From: Hydrolagus affinis
Lineage: Eukaryota
Length of the DNA stretch: 64,000 nt
Direction of reading: 5' to 3'
NCBI GenBank assembly: GCA_012026655.1
Contig: JAAILG010000198.1
Coordinates: forward strand, 1 to 64,000
In this document: piece by piece, positions 51,241 through 64,000 of the stretch
Layout: each line of letters begins with the position of its first letter
How positions within the stretch are numbered: position 1 is the first letter of the stretch
The notes under the pieces: model-generated
The model's database searches: none
What the model was told of the DNA's origin: nothing
Seen by the model: only the letters and a program-made list of their open reading frames with translations
Program-made: the position numbers and the translations under genes

Positions 51241-53999
51241 GTTGGTGGAGTCCCACAAAATGCTATTAAGGGTGGTTTGCTGCTGTCAGCTACTTGTTCA
51301 CTAGTAGGTGTCTCTGAGCAGTAAATCATTGCCAATATAGAAAACCTATGATTTGAAAGGAAAGACACATCTGTAGCGATGCAGTTTTCACCCTTATGAC
51401 ATTTTACCTATTATAGCTGCTCAAACCTTATCACCACAGTGAGTGTCAGATTCTTCCACTTTCCTTTAAACATTAAACAAAATTACTCCTGGTTTTGTAG
51501 GCTCGGTATTTCTGTCGGAAACCCACGGTTCCGATTGAAGAAAACAAAAGGGACTGAAAACAACAGCAAATAGGAATCATTCTCATTAATGAGGTGTCCA
51601 CAAGATGAGATTCAATTGCCACGACATTGACAGAAATAAAACCCTCAAATGCCAGTGAACAATACAACACAATGATCCAAATTGAACCGTCTCAAAATGC
51701 AATATAAAACAAGATAGTTTTTCTACATTAAAAAGCAATGCCAGGGGAGTTTCATTGCCTCTTTTTTTTCCTTAAGATCAGACTTTGTGTCTTTTGAACC
51801 TTTATTTATTCGAACATTAGCGATCATCATTACTTTTATTAGCACGTTAATGCTAAAGGGTGATGCTAGGCTTTGCAGTGTTGATGGTTCCTATTCATAA
51901 AGCTTTTGCTGATCCAATGGAACATATTCTCTGCATCTTTTTAGTAAAGAGCCATTTGTAGAATTGTTACTAAATTGTACAGCGGCACTTGGAATTTTTG
52001 TTTATTTTTGAAAACTGCATTTTTAGCAGATTTGCAAAAGTCTTTTGACTACAGAGCTTAATAGTTCACCGTCAAGATCCCATTCGCAAAACTCATCATA
52101 TGTCTGTGCATTATCCTTTCAGTGTCGCTAAGCGTCTCTAGCAGCACAGAGCCATCAAATGAAAGACAATTGAGATGGCTAAATTCTTTTCAGCAAAGAC
52201 GTAAAATTCACCATTACCGTGCCCCTCTTTGGGAGAGACAGAGAGACTGACGTACTGACAGAAAGAATGAATCTGTACGTGTATGTGTGCACGCATGTTT
52301 GCAGTTGATTCTAATAGCCATTGCAGTAACTCATTTTCTGATTCACCAAGACAAAATAACATTTAACATTTTTTCCATCAGCCACTTATCTATTATAATG
52401 TCCCAGGTTTAGCTGTCAAATTAACTACCCATATTGCTACCCCACATACATTTATCTTTGTGCAAGATAAAATTAAAAGAATAGATTTCTGTCTCTAAAT
52501 AGAAAATAGTCCAAACACAGGGTATATATGTACAGTATATGGATATTTTTGCCAATAGGCAAAACTGAGGAACTGTCATCTTTACTCATTTACATACACT
52601 GTGACCTTTCTTCCTTTGTGAAAATTTAAAAGGAAGCTTTTATTACATTAGTAGCTTAGCAACAGGAGATAGGCTATCATAAGATGGTCGGTATTACAAT
52701 AGGGAATGAACTGCAGTATAATGGCATCATGAGCTCACCAACCATACAGGCCTCACAACTGACTGACATCAAACAAAGCTTCTTTCATCATTATTCTGCT
52801 GTTTTAAAAATACCACCCATTAAAAGGAAGTGTATACCATGAATGTGGCAGACATGTTGAGTGAAGGAAACACTGGATATAACATTTGGCTCACTGCTAT
52901 CTAGCAGGTAGCTGCGTTTCTGATTTTAAAAAGTTGTTGTTGGGTGGTGGTTGTAAATATCACCATAAGATAAGGTGCTTTTCTAAAGGCACGATGGGAC
53001 AGTTTCCACAGGAGCAATCCTGAAGCCTATATTTCCATCTTTCCCATCAGTCAACCTTCACTCAGAAGGAAAATCCATTTGTTGTCAGTAGAAGAGTCAT
53101 TGGCTACAAAGAGCTAAGAAAAAGTCTCTCTGGTGAAAAAGTTTGTAAGAGGAAACATTCTGCTGTAGCCAAGCAAAACGAATGGCTGTTGAAGGCAATA
53201 GTATAAAAGATTATATCAGTTTTGTAAATACACTTAATGCTATGTGACCCTTCGTAAACCCTTCTGAATTAACCAATTGAAATTTGCCTCCCATTGTTTC
53301 TCAATGTGACTATCCCTGTGCAGTTAAAGCATAGAACAGAGTTATACAAGTGATGCAAGGTATATTTCTGTTACAAGGTAGAAAACTGAAGACAGAGTGT
53401 TATTGTACACTAGAGGTCACTCTTATAACCTGAAAAAAAACCACATTTGCACTATTTCCAGGTACATTGCATCTGGTAACTGTTTTGGCATCGCTACTGT
53501 CTGTTGTCATTTATTTAGACATTTATATCAGTTATTGTAATCAACCTAGTAAATACTCCGATGGTAAAGGTCTTGCCTGGCAATATTGTTATGTTCTTAT
53601 GTTTCTCGATGAGCCTACAGAAGAGTATAGGTACCTGAAGTGTGTTTGCATCCAATATTCTGCCTAAAGGTATTGCATATTAAAATCAATTTGCTGATAC
53701 CTCTCAGCAAGACAAGTTGAAACTAAGTCCATATAAAAAAAACTGTTCACAATACATCAATCGCAACAATACACATTGTCAAGCAAAGCAGCCAGGAGGT
53801 TGCTGCTTTTCACATTATTAACTATTGTTTCAAGTCCTAGAAGAGAGCAGAACATCAGCCTGCTAATGGTAACTATGCCGGCTTCAGTTAGCTCGGTAGT
53901 GAGCAGAACGTTTAAATGATAAAGACTTTCTATGTGGAAAATAGCTGAAAAGCGTCTAGCTTAACCTGAGTTCGAATACAACTGATTTTAATGGCCCTC

Positions 54000-54352
54000 A
54001 AGATCACAAGATTATGAGATCGGTTCAGATGAAGAAGACTTCTGGCCCCTTTTGATGTCATCCTTCCAAATTAACCGCTCTAGCATCTTGCCTTCGCTAC
54101 TTCAAGTTAATCAATCTTTTCTTGCGAATGAATCCAGCATACTGGCTTCAACCACTCTTTATGGTAACTCATTCCAGTTGTTAATTATTATTCTCCGGGT
54201 AAAGAAACACTTCCTGATTTCCGTTCAGAAATTTCCCTTTGCAACTCTAAACCTTTCATTTACTGCCTTGATACATCCACAGGTATTGTTCCTGATACAC
54301 CTTTTTCAATCCAATTTGAACTTTCACATACCTTCATCAGAAGCACTCTGAG
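54000..54352 (-). mobile_element. CR1 LINE 3' end, degenerate
   Basis: GCTTCAACCACTCTTTATGGTAACTCATTCCAG (reverse WNELP...VVEA), GGGTAAAGAAACACTTCCTG (reverse RKCFFTR), CATACCTTCATCAG. Confidence 0.75.
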
Positions 54353-55022
54353 GCATCTCCATTCGAGACCGACCAAGGTCAGAACAGGTATTGTTGTTGT
54401 TGACTTGTGATGTGATTGCGACCGAGGTGATAACCTTGAAGTCGGACTCTGAAAAAAGGAGTTTAACTTTTTGTACGAACGAAATAGCTACCAGAGCCAT
54501 GAAAATAGTCAAACCCTTCTCCCGCTTTCATTCATTTGTAGGCATTTTAGATGAAACACCTGGGATGGGTTACACAACAATCCTTGATGACATAGATTGA
54601 AATTGCTCATTCTTACTCGGCTTAGAGGAAGCGTAATTAAAAAGGTGATTTAAATCAGTTTATAGTGACCTGGAACGTTTTGGGTGGAGTGGGAAGCTTT
54701 TTAAATATCCGATACTTTGCTGTTTTCTCTGTGCCAATTCCCGAAGAATATATGGGTTAGAAAACTATCCAACCCACTGAAACAAAACAATGCTCCAGAG
54801 TTACAATAATCAGATGCATAATAATGCACTCCAAAATATTTGTTTGATTTTTAACTAGTGAAGCAACAAAACCCTTTTTAAGATTTGTTTCCGATTTGGT
54901 TCAGTGTTTTTCGGACTTGGACATTTCAGAGATTTGTCACGGGGGAAGCAGGCGGTGATCAGATTTAAAAGCAAATGGCGTAGACATAATTTCACCTATT
55001 TTCCCCGAACGTTCATCATTAT

Positions 55023-55480
55023 CATAAGAACAGAACAATTTATAGAATGAAAAATATGGGTCATTCAGTCCATTGAGTCCACTGCCTGGCGCAGATTGAT
55101 GTTTCAGGTAATCAACTTCCATTATAATTCTCAGTCTTATCCTTCCTTAATACCATATTGTGGTATTAAGGAAGATTGAAACTTAGAACCTGTAGCAACA
55201 TTGCAGTGAAATATGCAGTGCTTTGTAACAGATTCACTGTGAAAAATATCTCAAGATCTATTCAGAGAAAGCCCCTTTCTATCTTTTTATTTCAGTGATT
55301 CTTTAGTTTAATGTCCCTATTTTATAACTATTTTATATCTGATTCACATCCAACAATCTCACTAGATGACACTATGCAATACTTTTAATTGTTTCAAAAA
55401 ATCTAAACGGTGAATGCATCTTGTTTTGTGTTTTGTTAAAGAGAACAATTTCATGTCCTCAGCCAGTCCTCATTATTAAG
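55023..55480 (-). mobile_element. CR1 LINE 3' end, degenerate
   Basis: CATAAGAACAGAAC...GGTCATTCAGTCCATTGAGTCC (reverse CR1 3' UTR), followed by AAAGAGAACAA...CCAGTCCTCATTATT. Confidence 0.6.
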
Positions 55481-55959
55481 TTTGAGGAAACAAGAGGAAG
55501 TGTGGAATAAGAAAAGCCCATTCATCTTATCCAGATCCTTCCCAGTTTAATCAAGTAAAAAAAACTCCAGCACATAAATCTAACATTACATCTGCAATAA
55601 TTCAACCCTGACCCAGAATTATTTTTGCGATTCTCCTATGTTCTCTTTTTAATACTTCAATGTGCCTTTGGAAGTAATGTGTCCAAAATTATGAATATGT
55701 TATACAGAGTTAATGCCATATCTTTGGTCTGGGATTCCATGCTCGTAGCTTACTTTATTAACCACTATCTCATATTGCAGAGATTCGTTTTGAACACTAA
55801 TTCACAACCACTCCTTAGGCCTCTTTCTAAGTTCCAGCTATCTTGTAATCAGAGTTAATATTATCTGGATCTGTACGCATTACGTCTCATTTATCCACAC
55901 CAAAAAGCATTTGCCAATCATGATCTCATTTCCTAAGCTTCTACTGATCTCTTTGAATA

Positions 55960-56560
55960 ATATTGGCCTCTGCTAAGTAATATTTTGCCAACCCACACAA
56001 TTCCTGTCATTGGCAAACACAGAAATTCAACATTTTTTTTAAAAAGAAGCACTCATCTTTGTGTTTCATGGAGCTCGGGGATAATAGAGTTCCAATGAAC
56101 TCCACTTCTCTCCCGGCCTAAATAATACCTAATCAAAATTAAACTCCAGTTTTTAACTACAGTAGTTTTCAATCTACTTTAGTGTCTTGTAATTTATTAC
56201 ATCAAATCCCTTATGAGAGTTTTGATATATATCTTCTGGATTGCTCCCCTGCTATCAAATTAGTTATCTATTAAAGAAATTCCTATAAATCTTTAGGGGA
56301 AGCTTTCCTGTTCATAGCTCTCTTCTTTTCATGTCCATTTTACATGGATTTATAATTGTAACCTTTATAATCCTCTCCAGTCAGCACACAGTTCTATATG
56401 TCCTTTCTTACAAACTGATGCCATGGAACCAACTTTGTCTTCATTCACACTCCCTGTTCCAGTGATCTACGCTGCTCAAAGCTCTGCATTTCCTGTTGAT
56501 GTCCACTACCTTCTCTCTTATTTTAAGAAAGATGCAATCGAGTCCTGGTATTTTGGTACT
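55960..56560 (-). mobile_element. Highly degenerate CR1 reverse-transcriptase fragment
   Basis: TGTCATTGGCAAAC (reverse FAND, a decayed FADD), GAACTCCACT (reverse SGV of SGVPQG), and ATCAAATTAGTTATCTATTAAAGAAATTC in the expected order. Confidence 0.55.
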
Positions 56561-56600
56561 TTATTTTCTCTCGCTGTCATCCATTTTTAAAATATGCCAA

Positions 56601-56780
56601 AATAATAATCCTTGCCCTTCATACGGCACCTTCTCACGTCACCAAGATGCCTCATAGCACTTCATAGGGTTAGGGTGTAAAGTGGTCTGGAACTGTGTAT
56701 TTTTATTGGGTGAAAAACACGTCAGCCAATTTGCGCACAGCAACGTCCCCACAAACAGCCATTGAGTAATTGACCAACAA
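56601..56780 (-). mobile_element. SINE 3' part
   Basis: AATAATAATCCTTGCC...CAGCCAATTTGCGCACAGCAACGTCCCCACAAACAGCC...TGACCAA. Confidence 0.88.
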
Positions 56781-57358
56781 ATAAACTATCTTCAGCGAAT
56801 AAGTAATCTTGGCTTTGATGGCTCAGGTGTCTTGTTTGTGGAATGAGGATTGATGCCCCACTATCCTTCTCCATGAACTCTGCGGAGAGGAGCCCCATTG
56901 CAGATTCATCCGTGTCCTGATCCTCTGAGACTAATCCGTCAGTCTAACCCTTTACTAGGGGCCCAACTTGTTATCTAATCCTCTGCCAGCACAAACGTTT
57001 GATATAAACTTGTTTATAAGCTCCACATTGAATTCTAAGTGGTGCAGTTAAAAGCCTGAAGCCAAGTGCTGGTCTCCTGCTGTCTATCTCCCCTCCCGCC
57101 ATCGTCTGCTTCGCCTTCAAAGATTCACGGTCTCTTGCTCTCACTTAAATATTCTCTGATGCTCTTGGATTCATTGCTATCATGGATCTCAAGTTAAAAC
57201 AAACAAAATAATTTCTACGGTTAATCCTATCTGTTTTGTTCCCCAAACTGTATGTTTGGATTGAATCGGAGGAGTCTTTCAGTTGCTTCTTTTTGACGAC
57301 AGCCACATTTTGGTGCTTTATCCTGGCTGCATGTATATTGCTCAAGGTCCTATTTCTG

Positions 57359-57455
57359 AATAATAATAATCCTTGCATTTGCTATAGCACTGGGGGAGAG
57401 GACACCTAAAGGACGACACCCCAAAGCACTTCACTGGATTAACTGCAAAGTGAAG
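57359..57455 (-). mobile_element. SINE tail fragment
   Basis: AATAATAATAATCCTTGCATTTGCTATAGCAC...CCAAAGCACTTCAC...CTGCAAAGTG. Confidence 0.8.
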
Positions 57456-58874
57456 TAAATCCATGAGTCCTCTACCACCACACCATCTTCCCAAGGCCAA
57501 AAACCCTACCTCGTCTTAGCCTGCAAGGCCATCTTTTTCTTAAAAATGTAAGAGTGGTGGAAAATTCTCAAATTCAAAATATCCAAATTACAGTTCAATT
57601 GAAGAATTTTCCATAGTCCTGGAGTATGTTTAATTTTGAGGCAAAATGGTCATCCAGGCCACGAATAGGTAGAACTCCAGGGAACCCTGCCTTTCTCTCT
57701 AACAGTTCCCTCGAGTCTTTGCCCACTATTCATCCCTCCATTGTCACTATTACTTTCCCCCCTACCTGGGGGAATCATCAATACGTTCCTTTCTAATTCT
57801 CACCCTTTTTGCCCGCTGGAGCTGTTTACTGCCTGATTAATATAGTCCTCGTCATATTCCACGATATGAACACAACAAAAGCGGACATCAATTGCACGGG
57901 AAAATTACATATTTTAGGAGCTGACTCCAAAGAAGGAAGCTGTTGAAAAATAATACCTTGGAATGCGTTAAGGGAGTAAAGTACCTTTTGAGACATTTCT
58001 ATGCGGTAAGGTGCCTTTTTGTTTGGATTAGAAATACTTATTCTATCGGATACCTCCTTGTCTAAGTACTGTGTTATTGTCTCATCCAATCCTTCCTGTC
58101 TTACAGGTACCTGGCTGACTCTGAGTACTGCTCGGGAAGAGATGAGAGTGTATGGTTTGGTTTTCCTGGGCACACATTACTCAAATGTAACATGAATGTA
58201 ACTTAGCATTGTACATACTTTTCACAGGCAAAACTTAAATCTGATTAAAATTCTTCCCAGATAAATGTGTGAACACGTACAGCAGTTAAGATCCTATTTC
58301 AATGAAATTTCCCCCAAAGTAAAAACAGCCAAAACAAACAGGTTGTCAGGATTAGAAAAGCTCTTTACTTACAAACTGTAAAAGTACAGCTGGTTTGTGT
58401 TAGTGGTTTAATAGGGCAATAGTAATTCAGTCTGCAGCACTGTAAACATGATAAAATGCATTCTCGGGATAAAATTGCATTAACAGCTAAAATATTCTGT
58501 GTTCAAGAGTTGTCTCATTAAACGTACAACCCAAATTATGTTTGTCCTTCAAATCTCCGTTTTACCTTCCTAGAACTATTCAATATTTGGCTAGATTACA
58601 TACTGAGTGTAACCTGGGTGTGGCTCTGCGATGAAATGTTAAAAATGTGCAATTATGACTTAAGTTAAATGACATGTAATGGAAACCTTGATTGCCACAC
58701 TCTTTCATGAGAATTAATGTTGGTCTGTTTTACATGACTATTTGGGCAAAGTACTACATGAGGATGCGGTGAACATGTCCCTGTTTTCTTTACTGTTTTC
58801 AGCCTTTTAACAATTACGATTAAAATAATTTTATTTATGAACGCAGCTTAACTGTACCAGACAACATACTTGTA

Positions 58875-58927
58875 TTTGGGATGAACTCCTGACGTGGAAG
58901 GCGCTATGCATTGTAATTTTGTGTTGC
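58875..58927 (+). mobile_element. L2-like tail fragment
   Basis: TTTGGGATGAACTCCTGACGTGGAAGGCGCTATGCATTGTAATTTTGTGTTG. Confidence 0.7.
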
Positions 58928-59697
58928 ATTTTATTGTGCGTGTCTGAGTGAGTGAGGGAGAAGAAAAACAAACAATGATTTTTGCAAAGAGAAAATATTG
59001 GAGAATGAGCGTGTAACTGAAGTCAAGGGTTTGTAGATTATTTTCAAAGTATCTTGTGCGTCTATTCTGAACTGCATGAACGTTCCATTACCTTAAAAAC
59101 ACTTTCAATGTAGGATTACTGGTACAGCTATTTGTGTGACCAATGACTGTCCTGTTGCCTATTCTGTTCTGAAGGATTTGCTATTGCTGCCTCTTCAAGG
59201 TTGACTACTTTATTCCAGTGAATGGTGCTCTTTCTGAGACAACCGCACCTGAAACTATTTTTATTGTCACCTCAAAGACCACTTCTGTTTTTGCCTTCTG
59301 TACTTCTGGTTGGTCATTAACAATGTGTGAATTCAGGATAGAGGGTAATGTAAAAAAAAGACAAAGGCAGCTGAGGTAACAGTGAAAGAAGCAAGAGATT
59401 GTAGAACATTTTCAGTAAAAAAAGAGTGTAGAACGTGGAAAAAAAATTGGAGGCGACAGTCATGTTTTGAAGATGTTAATTTTGATGTTGAGGCCTGCTG
59501 GCTGGAGGGTGCCTGAAAAAAAAGCTTAAGTTTGCCTTGATCCAAAGGAGGTCATGAATGAAGAGGTCACAGAGATTAAGGGGATTTTCAGCGATGAATT
59601 TAGTCCCTCTCTTTCCTGTGCTGAAGACAAAATATTGGCAGCAAATTTTTACTTTGCAAAAACTCCTTCCTTTCTCTGACCCATCCATTTGTTTCCA

Positions 59698-60230
59698 GGT
59701 GTCATCCTGGCTCAGTCGGTAGCACTTCCACTTCTGAATCACAATATACAAGCTCTATATCGAGGCTTTGAACTCACAGTCTAGGCTGGCACTCCAATGC
59801 AGGAATGCAGGGTTGTCCTTTAGATGAGGCGTTGAACCATTAAGGTCCCATAAGTCTATTTATTCAGTTGCAGGTTAATCATCCCCTGGCACTAATAAGA
59901 ATAAATAATACAGTATTTTGCGTTTGATATAGTGCTTTTCACATCTTATCCAAAGCGCTTCACAGAATAAACTGTAAAGTGAATCGACTGTATATTTGTG
60001 GGCAAAAAGAGAAGAGAATTTCAATCCATATCCTGGTCAACAATTCCCAAGATTTTTTAAAAAATGTTGTCATTCACTTCCGGGCTAATTATGGGCTATT
60101 GCTGTGTGTAAATTGGCTGCCATGGTTGCACAGAAATGCACAATCCCAACACTTCACAGAAACCTCTGCAAAGTGCTTTGAGACATTTCTGTGCGACGAG
60201 ACATTGCATCAAATGGTACCAATATTATTA
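59698..60230 (+). mobile_element. Full-length older DeuSINE interrupted by a younger antisense SINE tail
   Basis: Head GGTGTCATCCTGGCTCAGTCGGTAGCAC, Deu motifs TCTAGGCTGGCACTCCAATGCAG and TTTAGATGAGGCGTTGAACC, tail AAAGTGCTTTGAGAC...ATATTATTA. Confidence 0.85.
59896..60005 (-). mobile_element. Nested SINE 3' fragment
   Basis: TTGCGTTTGATATAGTGCTTTTCAC...CAAAGCGCTTCACAGAATAAACTGTAAAGTGAATCGACTGTATATTTGTGGGCAAA. Confidence 0.88.
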
Positions 60231-60307
60231 TCAGTGCATGTTACACACACATTTTCCAAAGCCACTTCACTTGTTCCACCAGGTTTAAAATTGTTTGAGT
60301 AGGAACA

Positions 60308-60380
60308 CAACAACAAGAATAACAACCAAGTTACAGTTGTATAGCACCTTTCACGTCAGGAGGACGTCCCAAGGCGCTGC
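60308..60380 (-). mobile_element. L2-like 3' tail fragment, (CAA)n type
   Basis: CAACAACAAG...TTACAGTTGTATAGCACCTTTCACGTCAGGAGGACGTCCCAAGGCGCT. Confidence 0.85.
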
Positions 60381-62044
60381 AGAGGGGTTGACCAGCTGGG
60401 CCATCAACAGGAGATTTATTTACTACCTTCTAAATCCCATGCCCCTACCTTCTTGTCATATTCCCTAACTTTCTGCTTTCCGAGCTACATTTAAAAGCAT
60501 TATTGCATTGCACTGTGCCAATTTCAGTTTCTCTTGCGCAACCTTTTATTGGTAAGATTAAGGCTGAATAATTCACATTTTTAACGTGACCTCTTGTGAT
60601 TGAAATAGTTTGCTTTTCTTAAGAAGAATGGAAACATATCTTCCAATCTCACTTCTCCTTCCTCCAGAAGTTTGCATGCAATTCAGATTTTCCGAAACAC
60701 TGCTTAATTCCTCCTTGAAGATGTTTCTTTCATTTGAGTTTTAATAATAGATTGTGATGTGTACTCCTGTGCTTTTCTATGCATTGATGAGAATCTTCAC
60801 CTAATGAAACAATATGAAAATTGACCTTTGTTATGAATATAATTTTCTCACCTGGAGATGATTTTTCTTTCCCAGACCAAAGAGCTTGAACTAATTGTTT
60901 TTGTTAACCTCTTCTAAGCGAAGGTTAATTTTGGTCTCAGAAAATGGCTTCCTTAGTCTTTCTTGTGCTATTACTGGCATTCTTTTGGGCATATGTTCAA
61001 CATTTGGCCTTAAACTGCACGAGTTGTATCATTAGTGTGTCAAATTAGATTGTTTTTTTCCAGAATTTTACACCAAGGAAAATATGCTGGAAATAATACC
61101 TTTTGTGCTGTCAAAGTCCAAGCATTAACTCATTTTGTTCTCAAATAATACAACTTGGAAACATTTTGAAACTTTGGCTCTAATCTTTTTTTAAGGAGCC
61201 TTATATCACAATGATATCATTAATGTACACCATGACTGCACCTGTAAAGGTCTCATATCTTGACAGTCTGATTTAGAATTCTTAGTACACATCCAAAATT
61301 TGTCGGTAAGACTTGAAGCCTTTGGGTGCAGCCATCAATAAACCAACAATTTATTCAGGTGCACCACTGATCTACTCATTTAATTTCCGGATTAATGATG
61401 AGCAACTATTTGAAAGATTTATGTACGTTGGAAACACATTAGCATTCTATTACCAATGGCAACTACCAATAACATTTTCCACGAAACCTACAATTTTTGT
61501 TTGTTTGCTAACATTGCGGTAAATTATGTGCAACCCCTGACATAATTTTGCAAAGATTAACTGATCCTTTGTTCCATTGAAAATCATGGAAACTTGCAAA
61601 GAACACAAATCTGCACAGATACACTGGTGAATATGATGAGCACTTGAGGATTCATGCTCTGAGTTTGAACAGGAGAAACAAATTCCATGATAGGAATACC
61701 CACAGGACAAAGGACAGGATGAAAGATTGTGTGACTTTTAAACTAACTGTTTGTATTATTTAGGGCTCTTGAGGGTACCCTTGGAACTACACTGGGCGTC
61801 TTTTCAGAGTTAATATTTTCTCAGCGAGAACAGAGATTTCTAATTTTCTCATGCTTTCCACATTCCACTTTTTAATCACTCAAAGATTTTGTGAACAAAA
61901 ACTAATAAAATAATTATAATATTTATACGAGAAGCAGCCAGGTAGCTGGAATGCCAGAGAATCGCATGTTTGATTTCAGATCACAGTCACAGATACATGA
62001 ACGAGTTCGTGAATCTCGACTGACTTACCTGAGGAAAGCCAGTG

Positions 62045-62090
62045 TGGATTGGAGGTCTGTTTGCATGGCTGGAGTGGAGGTGTGTTTGCA
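62045..62090. repeat. 25-bp period tandem duplication
   Basis: TGGATTGGAGGTCTGTTTGCA and TGGAGTGGAGGTGTGTTTGCA. Confidence 0.8.
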
Positions 62091-63887
62091 GATTTCAAGA
62101 TGCCTTCTGGTAGGCTGGCGAACAATATGTTATTAATGACACTATGGAGGTTCTACAATTTGGACCACCTGACTTTCCATTCTACAAACAGCACAGATAA
62201 ATTGGGAAGCCAATGGAAACATTTCTGTAAATACTTCACCAGACATCTACTAACATCCCAGTAATCAATTGCATTAGAAGTCTATGAAGTAGAAGTTTTG
62301 CAAACCATTGTAAACAGAAGTTTGAATTTGATGTTCACACTAAATTATATGGCATAGCAAAATGTACCAAGAATTAGAATATAATGAAAGAATTTACAAA
62401 GGCTTAGATTCTGGGCAATTGTCATTCAATACCGACTAATGTAATGTAACGCTGTAAATTAGATTGCTCAGACATGCTTATAACCATGCTGATGATAGGG
62501 AAGCCAGTTCTCATGTAATAATTGACACACCATTGAAGAGATCTTCACATTTAAGTCAACAGGATATTGGAGGATATACTGTGAAGCATGGGATCAACAA
62601 TGATTTCATCAGAGCAATTTAATCTGAAGCCCGATCTTTAAAAATTGTTTTCAATTAGTTTGAGTACAATGGGTGAAATGTTCTTTTCTTGTTTCCATTA
62701 ATGTTCCTGGAGTGATTCATTGAGACCGGAGAAAAGTGACGTTTGTTTTCAATCAACAGTGTAACGTGCAGAGTTGTAACCTGACTTAAAAATTAGCAGG
62801 GACAACAATGTAAAATCATCTGCGTACAAGTAAAGGAACAGTCTACATTTTTTAGTGCAACTTCCAGCTGTGATACTTATCTCAATTGGCAGCAATGGTA
62901 GCTACAGTGCTCGATGTTCACATCAATACAGAGTTATAAATGAATAGTATTGCAAGAGAGCCATATTAACTGTAATCTGTACTTGGGTATATATCATTTT
63001 TCACGAGAAAATTTCCATGCCATACTAATTCAGTAAAATACAAGATATTTTCACCAAACTCAGCGACACACATTAATTTCTGTCTACAGGTTACATTGAT
63101 CCAGGTACAATTGCATTAGCATTCATTTCTATATATGGTTTTAAGGACACTGAATTCCTGTTTACAGCAAAACTGCAATACAAGTGATTTAGAGTTACTT
63201 AGCACTCTTTTGTTGTGTAGCCCATGCCATTAATCATTTATTAAGAACTCACAGTCTTATAATAAAGACTCGGAATGTGTTAATGGACGATTTATACCAG
63301 GTGAGAATAAAATGATATATATTGTCCTTCAATTTCAAAGGAACAGATTGTTATTTTCCAAATGAGATGCCTAATTGGAAGGTACCCAAAAAGTCTGTTT
63401 TTATTTTTAAAAATCCTTATACTGTATATGTATATATTTAGATCTGTAATGCGCAACCTCAGTTTTGCTAAACTGCAGGCCTATTTAAAATAATAATTCC
63501 TTGAAAAATTGTGAAAGGATTTAGTTTCCATGGAATTTATGTGTATGGATTCTGTCTGAATAAAAGAGATGATTTTACAAGGGGCGCACAGAGCGAGAAA
63601 GGTGAGTCCAAAGGAGAAGTGCTTATAGCTATGCTCACATAACAATTATTTTACCATGTTTAAAACACAGTAAATGTTACTGAAGGGTCAAATATCAATA
63701 CGACCTCCCCAGCACCAGAAATGGTCACACAGCAATTGTACTACCAGAGAGTGCAAATGTAGTGAGCTTTGCAGGCAGATATTTACATCAGAAAAGCATA
63801 TTTAACCAGTTTCCCTGCCTTCAGCCAGATACGCTTGTGAACAAAGTTGTATGGACAAACTGGCATGAAGATCCCAGTCCCATTTAA

Positions 63888-63992
63888 ACAGAATCGACAG
63901 CCAATCCACTTTTCCAATACAGTATATTCTGTGAAGCAGTTTTAGATGTCTCAATGACGCGATAAGGCATGATATCAAATGCACGGGTTATT
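63888..63992 (+). mobile_element. SINE 3' fragment
   Basis: CAGCCAATCCACTTT...TATATTCTGTGAAGC...GATGTCTCAATGACGCGATAAGGCATGATATCAAATGCACGGGTTATT. Confidence 0.85.
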
Positions 63993-64000
63993 TAGATTAC

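Noticed and set aside
50509-51269. Cluster of overlapping ORFs similar to those at 1280 and 40580
   Set aside because: The similarity comes from translating SINE copies, not from a gene family.
53875-53985. A-box-like and B-box-like motifs (TAGCTCGGTAGTGAGC ... GAGTTCGAATAC)
   Set aside because: No cloverleaf can be drawn. At most it is a decayed tRNA-derived head.
57826-58173. 115-aa minus-strand ORF
   Set aside because: No recognisable homology and no convincing splice sites.
62022-62031. ACTTACCTG (U1 5' end-like, or a perfect minus-strand donor)
   Set aside because: The rest of U1 is absent. An isolated 9-mer is expected by chance, and the adjacent sequence is a tandem duplication.
1-64000. 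CRISPR arrays, operons or other prokaryotic systems
   Set aside because: The sequence is vertebrate non-coding DNA. Recurring motifs are dispersed SINE/LINE fragments, not regularly spaced repeats.

Overview
This is AT-rich vertebrate DNA with no recognisable protein-coding gene. None of the six-frame ORFs resembles a known protein, and many simply read through SINEs. The repeat content points to a cartilaginous fish, most likely a chimaera such as Callorhinchus milii; this is an inference from recalled repeat consensuses, not a database search. The window contains about 25 copies or fragments of tRNA-headed SINEs of the DeuSINE type ending in AAATGCAAGG(ATT)n, about 8 loci with short L2-like 3'-tail fragments ending in (TTG)n, several CR1 LINE 3' remnants and ancient LF-SINE-like and AmnSINE2-like relics. 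It also has a 100-N assembly gap. Long repeat-free blocks rich in homeobox and octamer motifs suggest conserved non-coding elements in a gene desert or large intron. The most notable observations are: (1) a TSD-flanked palindromic Penelope-type insert at 45565-45812 carrying a minimal hammerhead-ribozyme motif in both arms; (2) a recurring architecture of two retroposon 3' tails joined in inverted, tails-out orientation (3112, 40154, 43929, plus a fold-back variant at 25678), resembling MITEs built from LINE/SINE tails; (3) a full CTCF site with its upstream motif at 13469-13500; (4) a compact H-type pseudoknot-like arrangement at 19019-19091; and (5) two orphan exon-like segments.
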